Shown here: positions 8,616 through 17,998 of the stretch, piece by piece
How the letters are laid out: each line of letters opens with the position of its first letter
Position numbering within the stretch: position 1 is the stretch's first letter
Assembly: GCA_034436155.1 (NCBI GenBank)
Contig: DAOTVP010000088.1
Coordinates: 6,105-70,104, forward strand
Direction: 5' to 3'
DNA from: Anaerolineae bacterium
GTDB lineage: Bacteria; Chloroflexota; Anaerolineae; Aggregatilineales; Phototrophicaceae
DNA length: 64,000 bases
Position numbers and translations under genes: made by a program
Notes under the pieces: generated by a model
Seen by the model: only the letters and a program-made list of their open reading frames with translations
Database searches by the model: none
What the model was told of the DNA's origin: nothing

Positions 8616-10319
8616 TCAGAACAACCCGACCACATTCCCATTTTCATCAATATCCACGCGATGCGCGGCGGGGTCTGCGCCGAGACCGGGCATGGTACTC
8701 ATATCACCGCACAACGGATAAATAAATCCCGCGCCCACGCTGGCACGCACTTCTTTAATCGGCAATCTGAACCCTGTCGGAGCGCCTTTCAATTTCGGGT
8801 CGGCAGAAAAACTGAGGTGCGTTTTCGCCATACAAATCGGCATATTGCCGAAACCATTTTTCTCGAAATTGGCGATTTGCGCCTCAGCTTCGGGCGTATA
8901 ATCCACGCCATCCGCCCGATAAATTTCGCGGGCGATGGTCTCTATTTTGCGTTTAATATCCCACTCAATATCGTATAAAAATCGGAATTGGCTCGGACTT
9001 TCTGCCGCGCTGACGACCATCTCCGCCAGTTCAATCGCACCACGTCCGCCATCGGTGAAATGCCGTGATACGGCGCATCCATTCGCGCCACTGGCGAGGG
9101 CAATCTCGCGCACGGCATCAATTTCGGCTTGGGTGTCATCGGGGAACACGTTAATCGCCACCACAGGCGTGACATCGAATTTGGCTAAATTTTCGAGATG
9201 CCGAATCATATTCACCGCGCCCGCCTCGACATCGGCGACATTTTCAGTGATGAGCGCGGGGTCGAGTGGTTTGCCAGGGACAATTTTATACTTGCCCGTA
9301 TGCGCTTTGAGGGCGCGAATCGTCACGACCAACACGGCGGCATCGGGCGCGAGTTCGCTGGCGCGACACTTGATATTGAAAAATTTTTCCGCGCCAATAT
9401 CCGCGCCAAAACCCGATTCGGTGATGACATATTCGCCACAATGTAACGCGAGTTGATCTGCGAGTACCGATGAATTGCCGTGCGCGATATTCGCAAACGG
9501 ACCGCAATGCACCACCGCGGGCGTATTTTCCAGTGTTTGCATCAGATTCGGCTTAATCGCATCGCGCAGAAGCACTGTCGCCGCGCCCGCCGCGCCAATA
9601 TCTTCCGCCGTGACCGGTTTTTTATCTTTATCATACGCCACCACCATCCGCCCAATGCGTTGACGCAAATCGCGTAGCGAGGTGGTGAGCGCCAAAATCG
9701 CCATAATTTCGCTGGCGACGGTAATATCAAACCCTGTCTGACGGGGGATACCATCCAACCGCCCGCCCAAACCGATAATCACATTTCGCAGGGCGCGGTC
9801 GTTCAAATCCACGACTCGTCGCCACGAAATGTTGTGAATATCAATATTGCGCGGGTTGCCGTGATACAAATGGGCATCCAACAGCGCCGCAATCAGATTA
9901 TGCGCCGCGGTGATGGCGTGGATGTCGCCCGTCAGGTGCAGGTTAAAATTTTCCATCGGCACGACTTGGCTATAACCACCGCCCGCCGCCCCGCCTTTGA
10001 TGCCGAATGTCGGACCTTGCGAGGGTTGGCGGATGGCGATAATCCCTTTTTTGCCGATATGCTTAAACGCTTGCCCAATCCCGACAGTTGTGGTGGTCTT
10101 GCCTTCGCCTAACAGGGTAGGGGTGATGGCGGTCACATCGATATATTTGCCTTTAGGACGCGATTGTAATTTTTGGATGGTCTCTAGCGGGATTTTGGCG
10201 ATATATTTGCCGTAGTGTTCGAGGTCGGTTTGCGGGTCGAGACCCATTTCTTCTGCAATTTGGTTGATATGCACCAATTTGGCACGTTGAGCAATCTCTA
10301 AATCCGATGGAAATGTCAT
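8616..10319 (-). CDS. fhs: Formate--tetrahydrofolate ligase
   Basis: 567 aa. N-terminus MTFPSDLEIAQ.AKL..I, P-loop region TPTLLGEGKTTTTVG. Full-length FTHFS layout. Confidence 0.95.
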   Translation of the reverse strand: MTFPSDLEIAQRAKLVHINQIAEEMGLDPQTDLEHYGKYIAKIPLETIQKLQSRPKGKYIDVTAITPTLLGEGKTTTTVGIGQAFKHIGKKGIIAIRQPSQGPTFGIKGGAAGGGYSQVVPMENFNLHLTGDIHAITAAHNLIAALLDAHLYHGNPRNIDIHNISWRRVVDLNDRALRNVIIGLGGRLDGIPRQTGFDITVASEIMAILALTTSLRDLRQRIGRMVVAYDKDKKPVTAEDIGAAGAATVLLRDAIKPNLMQTLENTPAVVHCGPFANIAHGNSSVLADQLALHCGEYVITESGFGADIGAEKFFNIKCRASELAPDAAVLVVTIRALKAHTGKYKIVPGKPLDPALITENVADVEAGAVNMIRHLENLAKFDVTPVVAINVFPDDTQAEIDAVREIALASGANGCAVSRHFTDGGRGAIELAEMVVSAAESPSQFRFLYDIEWDIKRKIETIAREIYRADGVDYTPEAEAQIANFEKNGFGNMPICMAKTHLSFSADPKLKGAPTGFRLPIKEVRASVGAGFIYPLCGDMSTMPGLGADPAAHRVDIDENGNVVGLF

Positions 10320-10513
10320 GGAGGGTTAAAATCCTTTCGTAAGAAGATTAATTTTTGTGGTCTATATTGAGTGTATCCCATATTTGGGACGTGGGATAGT
10401 GATGGTGGTCATGGTTTTGCCGATGAAATGCACATATTTGCTCATGATAGAATTCGATTGTTATGCTATAATCCCCCGTCCTGCCCGCATCAGCGAAAGG
10501 ATACGCACCGCAC

Positions 10514-10951
10514 ATGGTCACATATCGCAAAGCATACGCCTACATCACGCATAATAACCGCTTACTCGTATTCACCCAACCCGATTACCCAGAGGCGGGG
10601 ATACAAGTCCCTGGTGGCTCAATCGAACCCGATGAAACACCCGAACAAGGCGCAATCCGCGAGGCGCACGAAGAAAGTGGCTTAGACGGGTTAATTCTGG
10701 GCGCGTTTTTGGGGGATAAGATACACGACCATATCCCCGACCAAGAATATCATCACGCCTATTATTTTCATGTGATATGTCCATTCGACCCGCCCGAAAC
10801 GTGGGAACATGGCGAATTTAATAATTCCAACGGCGACCCCACGCCTGTGCGCTTCGCCTTTTATTGGGTGGATTTGCATGATGTCCCGCCGTTGCAAGGC
10901 TGGCGCGGGTCATTTTTAGATGCCCTGCGGACGCATTTGGCTGAAAAATAA
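10514..10951 (+). CDS. NUDIX hydrolase
   Basis: Nudix box GGSIEPDETPEQGAIREAHEESGL (GX5EX7REUXEEXGU). Confidence 0.85.
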   Translation: MVTYRKAYAYITHNNRLLVFTQPDYPEAGIQVPGGSIEPDETPEQGAIREAHEESGLDGLILGAFLGDKIHDHIPDQEYHHAYYFHVICPFDPPETWEHGEFNNSNGDPTPVRFAFYWVDLHDVPPLQGWRGSFLDALRTHLAEK

Positions 10952-10967
10952 ATATGGTGCATCGCTG

Positions 10968-11000
10968 TGGACGACATACGCCCTGCGGGCTAGTCGTCCA
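10968..11000. repeat. Two-tier REP-like hairpin between convergent genes
   Basis: TGGACGAC-ataC-GCCC-tgc-GGGC-ta-GTCGTCCA. Confidence 0.8.
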
Positions 11001-11090
11001 TTACAGGTTGCCTCGTTTGATAGGCGAGTATCAAGACGCGGGATTTATTGGGATGATAGATAATCTGTGGGGCAGATACGCCCCACACGA

Positions 11091-13064
11091 TCAATTCATC
11101 CGATAGCTGAAATAGTACCAGTCGCTCGCTGCGCCTTGATTGTCTTGCATATCCACCGCGAAGACACGCCAGCGATATACACCGTATCCAAATTGAGTGA
11201 CATCGAAAAGCCCAACCGTCATATTGAAAAACTCGCCATAGATGGATTGGCAATTATCACCATTGTCATCGCATTTCTCGATTTGCAGAAAATAATTCTT
11301 TGCGCCTGCCAGATATTCCCATTGGAAAGAGATGCTATAAATCGTCCCCGTACCCGGTGGATTGAGAGCCGCCAAAGTAAATGTCGTGAATGCCGCTGGG
11401 CTATAGAGTATCGGCGCGGGTAATTGACCACTCACCACGGGCGCTGGCGGTGGCGGTAATGTTGAACTGTTGAATGGTTCTAACCACACCTGATTGCCTG
11501 TGCCAGCCGCCACCCAACCCGTGAGTGTGCCAATACTGATTTGCCACCAAGTGTATCCTTGTGCATATTGCGGACCGCCGACAACGTTGACGATAGTCAG
11601 GGGCGGTAATTCGTTGAGTTTGGTGGCGTTGGTGGTTGGATTACTCCGCACATTCAAAAATTCAACGGCTGTCGTGACACGCGCCTGACCACCGACAAAT
11701 ATCCCACTGGATGGTGTCGGCGTGATGGCTGAACTGACGGGGGGTTGTTGCGGTGGATTAACAGGCGGAAGTGGCGGATTATTCGATGGATTATCGGCAA
11801 TCGGCGCGGTGAGCATCGCCCACGTATTCGGATTCGGCGCAATCGTATTCACCGTATCGCGCACCCATACCAAGCGCGGATATTTGCCCGTATCGCCGAT
11901 ATACAAACTCAGACCCGTGTTTGTGCCAACTGGAAAATTCACCGTATCGACAAAAATCACCGTGTTGGTATCCATGCCTTGCATGAATGAAAAATACGGC
12001 GCGGCTTGTGAGGTGTGCATATTGAACACTACGCCATCGCGCACACCGAATACATTCGACAAAAATACGCCCTGAAATGGCAAAATGCCCTGTATTGCGC
12101 CAGAACGGTCTGTGACCACATACACCTGATTATTCCCTTCGCTGGCGAGGGGATATGTCGCCGCCAACACGCGCTCGCCATTTTGGATAAAATGGGCATC
12201 GGCGATGATATTATTCAGGTCGCTATAAAACGGAAACGGCGCATCCAACATGCTCGGTGAATACACCTGTATCGTGTTCTGATGCACCCCCATGCCGATA
12301 ATCTCGCTGGTGCGGTCTGGAAATTTGGGGTCTAAATACGGGAAGATGACCTCGCCTGTGCGCGGTTCGATGTCATACGTCAATCCACGAAAGATATTAG
12401 TTTGGGTGAACGTGTTGAACAGATAATCCCATTCAAAACTATCCAACGTATAAAATCCATCTCCACCAACAGGCGCGAACACCACATGCACCGTGTTAAA
12501 ATCGAAAAATACGGGTACCGGTGCGACCATCACATTTTGATAAGTGGGCAAATTGACCATATTGTATGTCAAACTTTGCACCAGCGACCCATTGGTATCT
12601 AAATCGAACACCAATAACGCCCAATTTTCGTTGAAGAAATAAGAAAACGCCAAAAAGCGCCCATCGGCAGAGAAAATTTCGGGTTGGGCAATATAACTCA
12701 GGCTTGTTCCCGTATATGTCCCCAACGTTGGCGCGGCGATGGTGTATTGCATCAGGATATTTTTATTCACCAGATGATACACCACCAATACACGAGATTC
12801 ATCGAGACTACTCAGGACATACGCCACGCGGTCGCCATTGCGCGATACCGCCACATTATACGGATAAATATAGGCTTCAAAGCCCGCAGGCTTGGGCAAA
12901 ATCAGGTTGTCGAGTACCTGTTGTTCCGAATTGATGAGCGTCATACGCCCTTCGGTTTCTTCGTATAGCCATGCTCGCCATATATCGTCTTGAGCGTGGC
13001 TGATGGGTATCCATGATAGGCATAACACAAGGGTGATGAATAACAGGGGAAATCGCAAACGCAT
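11091..13064 (-). CDS. Secreted hypothetical protein with Pro-rich linker and SH3b-like segment
   Basis: Signal peptide MRLRFPLLFITLVLCLSWIPISHAQ. Linker PPLPPVNPPQQPP. SH3b-like segment VRSNPTTNATKLNELPPLTIVNVVGGPQYAQGYTWWQI. Confidence 0.68.
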   Translation of the reverse strand: MRLRFPLLFITLVLCLSWIPISHAQDDIWRAWLYEETEGRMTLINSEQQVLDNLILPKPAGFEAYIYPYNVAVSRNGDRVAYVLSSLDESRVLVVYHLVNKNILMQYTIAAPTLGTYTGTSLSYIAQPEIFSADGRFLAFSYFFNENWALLVFDLDTNGSLVQSLTYNMVNLPTYQNVMVAPVPVFFDFNTVHVVFAPVGGDGFYTLDSFEWDYLFNTFTQTNIFRGLTYDIEPRTGEVIFPYLDPKFPDRTSEIIGMGVHQNTIQVYSPSMLDAPFPFYSDLNNIIADAHFIQNGERVLAATYPLASEGNNQVYVVTDRSGAIQGILPFQGVFLSNVFGVRDGVVFNMHTSQAAPYFSFMQGMDTNTVIFVDTVNFPVGTNTGLSLYIGDTGKYPRLVWVRDTVNTIAPNPNTWAMLTAPIADNPSNNPPLPPVNPPQQPPVSSAITPTPSSGIFVGGQARVTTAVEFLNVRSNPTTNATKLNELPPLTIVNVVGGPQYAQGYTWWQISIGTLTGWVAAGTGNQVWLEPFNSSTLPPPPAPVVSGQLPAPILYSPAAFTTFTLAALNPPGTGTIYSISFQWEYLAGAKNYFLQIEKCDDNGDNCQSIYGEFFNMTVGLFDVTQFGYGVYRWRVFAVDMQDNQGAASDWYYFSYRMN

Positions 13065-13163
13065 GGCATAACCTCCGATCGGTTGTATAGACTACATTTC
13101 ATTATATTACAATTATTAGCCTAAACAATTTCAGAGATTGTAATTGCCTGCGTATTATCTTAA

Positions 13164-13406
13164 TCACACGATTTTGTTGGGAATAAACCCGCCATCAGGC
13201 GCGGTCACTTTGCCATCTGTCCCTGTACGGCGTAGATAGGCGATGATTTCGTAAATGATGATTGCCGTAATGCGTGATGAATAACCATGCGCGACCACAG
13301 GCTTAATTTCTCTCCCAATGTATTCATAATTCATGCCGATGTTATCGGGCAACATGACCCACTCATCAAATTGCTCAACCGTCATTGGCGCAGGATTGAT
13401 AACCAT
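13164..13406 (-). pseudogene. Uma2-family (DUF820) endonuclease, N-terminal remnant
   Basis: 80 aa: MTVEQFDEW...YEYIGREIKPVVAHGYSSRITAIIIYEIIAYL matches the Uma2 N-terminal pattern. It stops long before the typical length of about 190 aa. Confidence 0.4.
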
Positions 13407-13410
13407 GTCG

Positions 13411-14685
13411 CTATCCTAATTTCCACGATGACAATTGGATGAAATACCCCTGCGAATTTGGCGGACTGTTGCCCGTTTTGAAATAATCGTTAAACCACAC
13501 GCGGAAACTCATCGCCGCTTCGATCGCATCGGCGACATCCCCCACTTTATCGCCGATAGACAGTGTGAGCGTATAATCGCCCTCATAGAGGGGGAGGTTG
13601 GGCAGGGTACATAGCAATGTCCCTGCGCCAGATATTTTTTGTGGCGCATTCACATCATAACGAGTCGAGACGGTGAATAGGTTCTCGCCGAAGCGCGATT
13701 GGATGCTGATATGCACATCATCATACACCTTCCCACAGGTATCATAGCCAATTTCGAGGACGACTGTATCGCCCGTTTTGAAGTCTGTGATGGGCGTATA
13801 GCTATCATTCAACAAGCGGATATGCCGAAAAATCGGGGTCATGCCGATGCTCCGACCATGATGTTGGGTTAAATCGGCGCGTCCGAGCTGATCATCATCG
13901 GTTAAATAAGCGGTGTATTGTTGTGTCACATCGCGCACATCGCCAACGGCTTGCACCCGCCCGTGACTGAGGTAAATGGCGCTCTTGCACAAATTGAGGA
14001 TGGCGTTGATGTTATGACTGACGAATAAAATCGTCCGTCCGGTGTTCGCCACATCTTGCATTTTGCCCAAGCATTTGCGCTGAAATTCGGCATCGCCCAC
14101 CGCCAACACTTCATCCACAATCAGGATTTCCGTCTCCAAATGTGCCGCCACCGAAAAACCGAGCCGTAACAACATGCCACTCGAATACCGTTTTATCGGG
14201 GTATCGAGAAAGCGTTCCACGCCCGAAAAATCGACAATTTCATCAAATTTTCGGGCGATTTCGGCGCGGGTCATGCCCAATACTGCCCCGTTCAGAAAGA
14301 TATTCTCGCGTCCGGTCAATTCGGGATGAAAGCCCGTCCCGACTTCGAGCAATGCGCCAACCCGCCCGTACAGGTCTATCAATCCTTCGGTCGGTTCGGT
14401 GATGCGCGATAGCACCTTGAGCAAGGTGGATTTGCCCGCGCCGTTGCGCCCAATGATGCCGACCGTATCCCCCCGATAAATATCGAAATTCACATCTTTG
14501 AGCGCCCAAAAAATATTCTTCTCCGATGTTGGCGCGGGTGAGCGCCGAATCCCGCGCCATGCCATTTTGAAGGGGGCGGATAATCCTTTGGCAAGGGCTT
14601 CACGCATGGAATCGCCTTGTTGTCTACGTGAGCCTAAAATATAACGCTTGCCGATGCCACGCGCTTGAATAGCGATTTCGCTCAT
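13411..14685 (-). CDS. Polysaccharide/O-antigen ABC exporter ATP-binding protein (Wzt/TagH-like) with C-terminal extra domain
   Basis: Start at ATG 14685 (MSEIAIQARGIGKRY). Walker A GRNGAGKST, Walker B ILIVDEVLAVGD, plus about 170 aa C-terminal to the NBD. Confidence 0.85.
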   Translation of the reverse strand: MSEIAIQARGIGKRYILGSRRQQGDSMREALAKGLSAPFKMAWRGIRRSPAPTSEKNIFWALKDVNFDIYRGDTVGIIGRNGAGKSTLLKVLSRITEPTEGLIDLYGRVGALLEVGTGFHPELTGRENIFLNGAVLGMTRAEIARKFDEIVDFSGVERFLDTPIKRYSSGMLLRLGFSVAAHLETEILIVDEVLAVGDAEFQRKCLGKMQDVANTGRTILFVSHNINAILNLCKSAIYLSHGRVQAVGDVRDVTQQYTAYLTDDDQLGRADLTQHHGRSIGMTPIFRHIRLLNDSYTPITDFKTGDTVVLEIGYDTCGKVYDDVHISIQSRFGENLFTVSTRYDVNAPQKISGAGTLLCTLPNLPLYEGDYTLTLSIGDKVGDVADAIEAAMSFRVWFNDYFKTGNSPPNSQGYFIQLSSWKLG

Positions 14686-14696
14686 GTCATCTGTTC

Positions 14697-15614
14697 CTAT
14701 ATTACATCGGCGAAGGTGCGTTCTTCGCGCCGAAAATAAAATGTGCCGATTAAAAATACGATGATTGCCACCGCCGTGCTTGTGAAGATGCTCAGCAGGG
14801 GCATATCGATTGTGCCGAGCAATGCCCACCGAAAACCATCCACCACGCCTGTCATCGGATTGAGGCTATAGACGAGTTGCAGGGTGGGGTTTTGTATCAT
14901 GCTACTCGGATACACCACTGGCGAAATGTATAACCACACCTGTATCACGAATGGGATGATAAACCGAATATCCCGAAAGCGCACCATCATCGCACAAAAC
15001 AGATAGCCCACGCCCAATGTCGTGATGATGGCGATGAATGTGAAATAGGGCAACCAGATCCAATTGAATGAGATGAACGGAATTTGCACAATCGGGTAGG
15101 CGGATATGCCCAACGGCGCGGTGAATTGACCTAAAAATGGGGCAGGTTGCCCGAATAGGATATACGTCCACATCATGATGATGAGAATCGCCAGCGCGAT
15201 GAAAAAGTCGATCAGCCCCGCGAATACGGTCGATGTGGGGATAATCAGGCGTGGAAAATAAATTTTGGTGATGAGCGGTCCGTTCCCGACCAAACTGAGG
15301 GCGGAACGGGTAAATGCCCCCGAAAAAAATGTCCACGGCACCATGGCGGCGAAATTGAATATCGGATACGGTATGCCGTCCGATGGGATGCCCGCCAACC
15401 CGCCGAATATCACACTAAAGACGACCATCGATAAAACCGGTTGCACCAGCACCCAACCGATGCCGACCACCGTCTGTTTATACCGAATGATAATATCGCG
15501 CCACATCATAAAGATCAGCAATTCGCGGTAGCGCCATAATTCAAATAAATTCAGATGCGCCCAACCCTTGCTAGGGCGGATTTGAATATGAGATATGGGG
15601 TGGGGGGTGGTCAT
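14697..15614 (-). CDS. ABC-2 type polysaccharide exporter permease (Wzm/TagG-like)
   Basis: 305 aa with six hydrophobic segments. ABC-2 N-terminus (WRYRELLIFMMWRDIIIRYKQTVVGIGW). Immediately upstream of the Wzt-like ATPase. Confidence 0.85.
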   Translation of the reverse strand: MTTPHPISHIQIRPSKGWAHLNLFELWRYRELLIFMMWRDIIIRYKQTVVGIGWVLVQPVLSMVVFSVIFGGLAGIPSDGIPYPIFNFAAMVPWTFFSGAFTRSALSLVGNGPLITKIYFPRLIIPTSTVFAGLIDFFIALAILIIMMWTYILFGQPAPFLGQFTAPLGISAYPIVQIPFISFNWIWLPYFTFIAIITTLGVGYLFCAMMVRFRDIRFIIPFVIQVWLYISPVVYPSSMIQNPTLQLVYSLNPMTGVVDGFRWALLGTIDMPLLSIFTSTAVAIIVFLIGTFYFRREERTFADVI

Positions 15615-15752
15615 GTATCATCCTTCGCATACAATCATACATGTCCATTATACCGTAAGATGAATTGTATGCTAACGGTGTGGATTGCTATACGATAGCC
15701 TATTCTCTGATATAATTTGAGTAAATACAGATGTTATAGAGAGGATACAACC

Positions 15753-15989
15753 ATGACCCCTTCTACCCCTGTTACTGAATTGACTGTCGAAGAATTGATG
15801 ATCATTATTCAACAAGCCGTCAAAAATGCGATGAGCGCCCCAAAAAATGAGCCGAGTGCGCCCACATCTGATGAACAACCCCGCGACCAATGGGGCATAT
15901 TGGATATTCCGCCGTTGAGTGTGGGAACTTGGCCCGATGGTTTGGAGCTGATTAGCAGAGAGGAATATTACGATGATGATGGGCGCTAA
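15753..15989 (+). CDS. Putative antitoxin of the vapBC-like pair
   Basis: Small acidic ORF (MTPSTPVTELTVEELMIIIQQAV...) whose 3' end overlaps the start of the PIN ORF. Assignment is by position only. Confidence 0.4.
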   Translation: MTPSTPVTELTVEELMIIIQQAVKNAMSAPKNEPSAPTSDEQPRDQWGILDIPPLSVGTWPDGLELISREEYYDDDGR

Positions 15990-16436
15990 AAAACCAATCT
16001 TTTTGGATACAAATATTGTCCTGCGCTATAACACATTGGAAATGCCCGGTCACGAAAGGGTTCGCCTAGCCGTAGAAAAATTATTGCGTTTGGGCTACGA
16101 ACTATGGATCAGTCGGCAAGTTTTACGTGAATTTAGCGCCGTACTAACACGCCCACATTTATGAATCCATTGACAAGTCAGGAAGTCGCTAGACGTGTTC
16201 GTATGTTGATGCCTATATTGATGGTTGCTGATGAAACTATAGACGTAACCAATCAGTTATTATTGTTGATGGATACTTATCCGATAGGTGGTAAGCAAAT
16301 CCACGATGCCAACATCGTTGCCACCATGCAAATTTACAAAATCACCACCTTATTCACACTCAATGATGTAGATTTTAACCGTTTTCAATCGCTGATTACG
16401 ATTATGACCCTAAACCAACTCGAAAATATGATGTGA
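15973..16436 (+). pseudogene. PIN-domain toxin (VapC-like) split by a frameshift
   Basis: ORF 15973..16164 carries the PIN N-terminus (PIFLDTNIVLRY). ORF 16161..16436, in another frame, carries the PIN C-terminus (GGKQIHDANIVATMQ...TLNDVDFNRF). The two frames abut at ...TRPHL*/MNPLT. Confidence 0.6.
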
Positions 16437-16487
16437 GGGATATTTAGACAGTATATAGTCCACAGGCTAATCATTTTATGTCTGTAC

Positions 16488-16507
16488 GGACGCGCTTCTG
16501 CGCGTCC
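16488..16507. repeat. GC hairpin between convergent genes (simple member or relative of the REP-like family)
   Basis: GGACGCGC-ttct-GCGCGTCC, preceded by tgtac. Confidence 0.6.
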
Positions 16508-16539
16508 ACGAGCGATAATTTAAGCAATGTCAACAGAAC

Positions 16540-17988
16540 TTAATCCCCCAAAATTGCCTCTGCCACAGCGTAGCCACTCATCACTGCGCCATGAACGGTG
16601 GCGGGATGATCTATCCGTGTGGCTTCGCCCGCAAAGTACAACACCCCGTCTAACGGCTCGGATAAGGCTTGGCGGTCATCTGGGCTAGACCCCACCCCGT
16701 AAGACGAATAACTGCCATAGGCGAATGGATCTTGCCCCCAACGGGTGGCTATCCCCTCAAAAAATAGCTCATGCACATCCTCGAAAATGGCGCTCAAGAC
16801 ATCTAACGCCTCGGCGATGATCTCCGCTTCGGATAGGGCTTCTATGTCGGCTTGGTTACGCCCGCTATAAAACCCCATGAGGATCGGCTTGCCCGTTATC
16901 GGATAAAAATTGACCCAATCGACAAAACGCACGCGGGCATCGGCAATGGTGAAAAATGGCGTGTCTTCAGACCAAAACACTTGGCTGAATAACAAATAGA
17001 CTTTATTCAACGCGCCCATATCCAACCGATGAATCGCGTCCAGCTTAGTTTGGGGTAAGGGTGGCGAAAAAGCGATAGCCCCGCGTTTTAACACACCCAA
17101 AGGCACGGTCAACACCACTTTATCGGCGAAATACCGCTCGATCGCGGTGATGAGCGTCACGCCTTCGGGCGTGTATTTAATCTCGGTCACGGCTTGGTTC
17201 AGGCGAATATCTAACCCCTGTGCCAAATTTTGAAACACCTCGATATATCCACGCGGAAAGACCACATCAGCACCATCAAATTCATCGGCTTTATCCCAAT
17301 AATACCCCGAAAGGCGTTCTAGGCTATTGGCATATTCGTTTTCAATGCCCGACATGAGGATAGCTTCGAGGGCATGACGGTCAGTTTCGCGGATGTCCAT
17401 CTCTGCCAGCGCCAAATTGACCATCTCGCGCACAGACATATCGGCATCGGCTTCCTCGCGGATGGCATCCACCCGTGTGAGCAAGTCATCTAATAACTCG
17501 TCCCATAAGGCGAGGTCATCGTCAGATACCACATCGCCATCGGCAGTATAGGCGAAAGTATCTTCGTAATCGGTGGCTTGGGTGGGGATGTTATAGGCTT
17601 GGGTTAATTCCCACACGGGGTTATCTTCAATGCCGTGAATCCATGATGCGCCTAAATCGATTGGGGTGTTGGCGAGGCGGGTATCTGTCCAGACGCGCCC
17701 GCCGATGCGATCACGCGCTTCGAGGATGGTCACAGTATGCCCCGCATCGTGCAATGCGCGGGCGGTGGCGATGCCGCTCGCACCTGCGCCGACAACGATA
17801 ATCGTCTTGGTTTGTTGTGGATTGATATTCGGCACAGCACGGCGCAATGCCCATGCCGATACACCGACTCCTGCCATACCTAAAAATTCGCGCCGCGATA
17901 AACCAGCTTGTTGCGCGGTTTGATAGGTCTGTTTAATCAATTCGACTCGTTTTTGTAAGGCGCGGAATTGTTTTTCGCTCATGGGCAT
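16540..17988 (-). CDS. FAD-dependent amine oxidase (flavin monoamine/polyamine oxidase family) with Tat signal
   Basis: Twin-arginine motif SRREFLGMAGVGVSAWA. Dinucleotide fold VVGAGASGIATARALHDAGHTVTILEARDRIGGRVWT. Confidence 0.85.
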   Translation of the reverse strand: MPMSEKQFRALQKRVELIKQTYQTAQQAGLSRREFLGMAGVGVSAWALRRAVPNINPQQTKTIIVVGAGASGIATARALHDAGHTVTILEARDRIGGRVWTDTRLANTPIDLGASWIHGIEDNPVWELTQAYNIPTQATDYEDTFAYTADGDVVSDDDLALWDELLDDLLTRVDAIREEADADMSVREMVNLALAEMDIRETDRHALEAILMSGIENEYANSLERLSGYYWDKADEFDGADVVFPRGYIEVFQNLAQGLDIRLNQAVTEIKYTPEGVTLITAIERYFADKVVLTVPLGVLKRGAIAFSPPLPQTKLDAIHRLDMGALNKVYLLFSQVFWSEDTPFFTIADARVRFVDWVNFYPITGKPILMGFYSGRNQADIEALSEAEIIAEALDVLSAIFEDVHELFFEGIATRWGQDPFAYGSYSSYGVGSSPDDRQALSEPLDGVLYFAGEATRIDHPATVHGAVMSGYAVAEAILGD

Positions 17989-17998
17989 TATACCTTTC

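Noticed and set aside
10320-10513. ZTP or THF riboswitch in the fhs leader
   Set aside because: The minus-strand leader lacks the CCGCCTGGGC-type ZTP core and any THF-like conserved segment. Only a short TATCCCA/TGGGATA inverted repeat is present.
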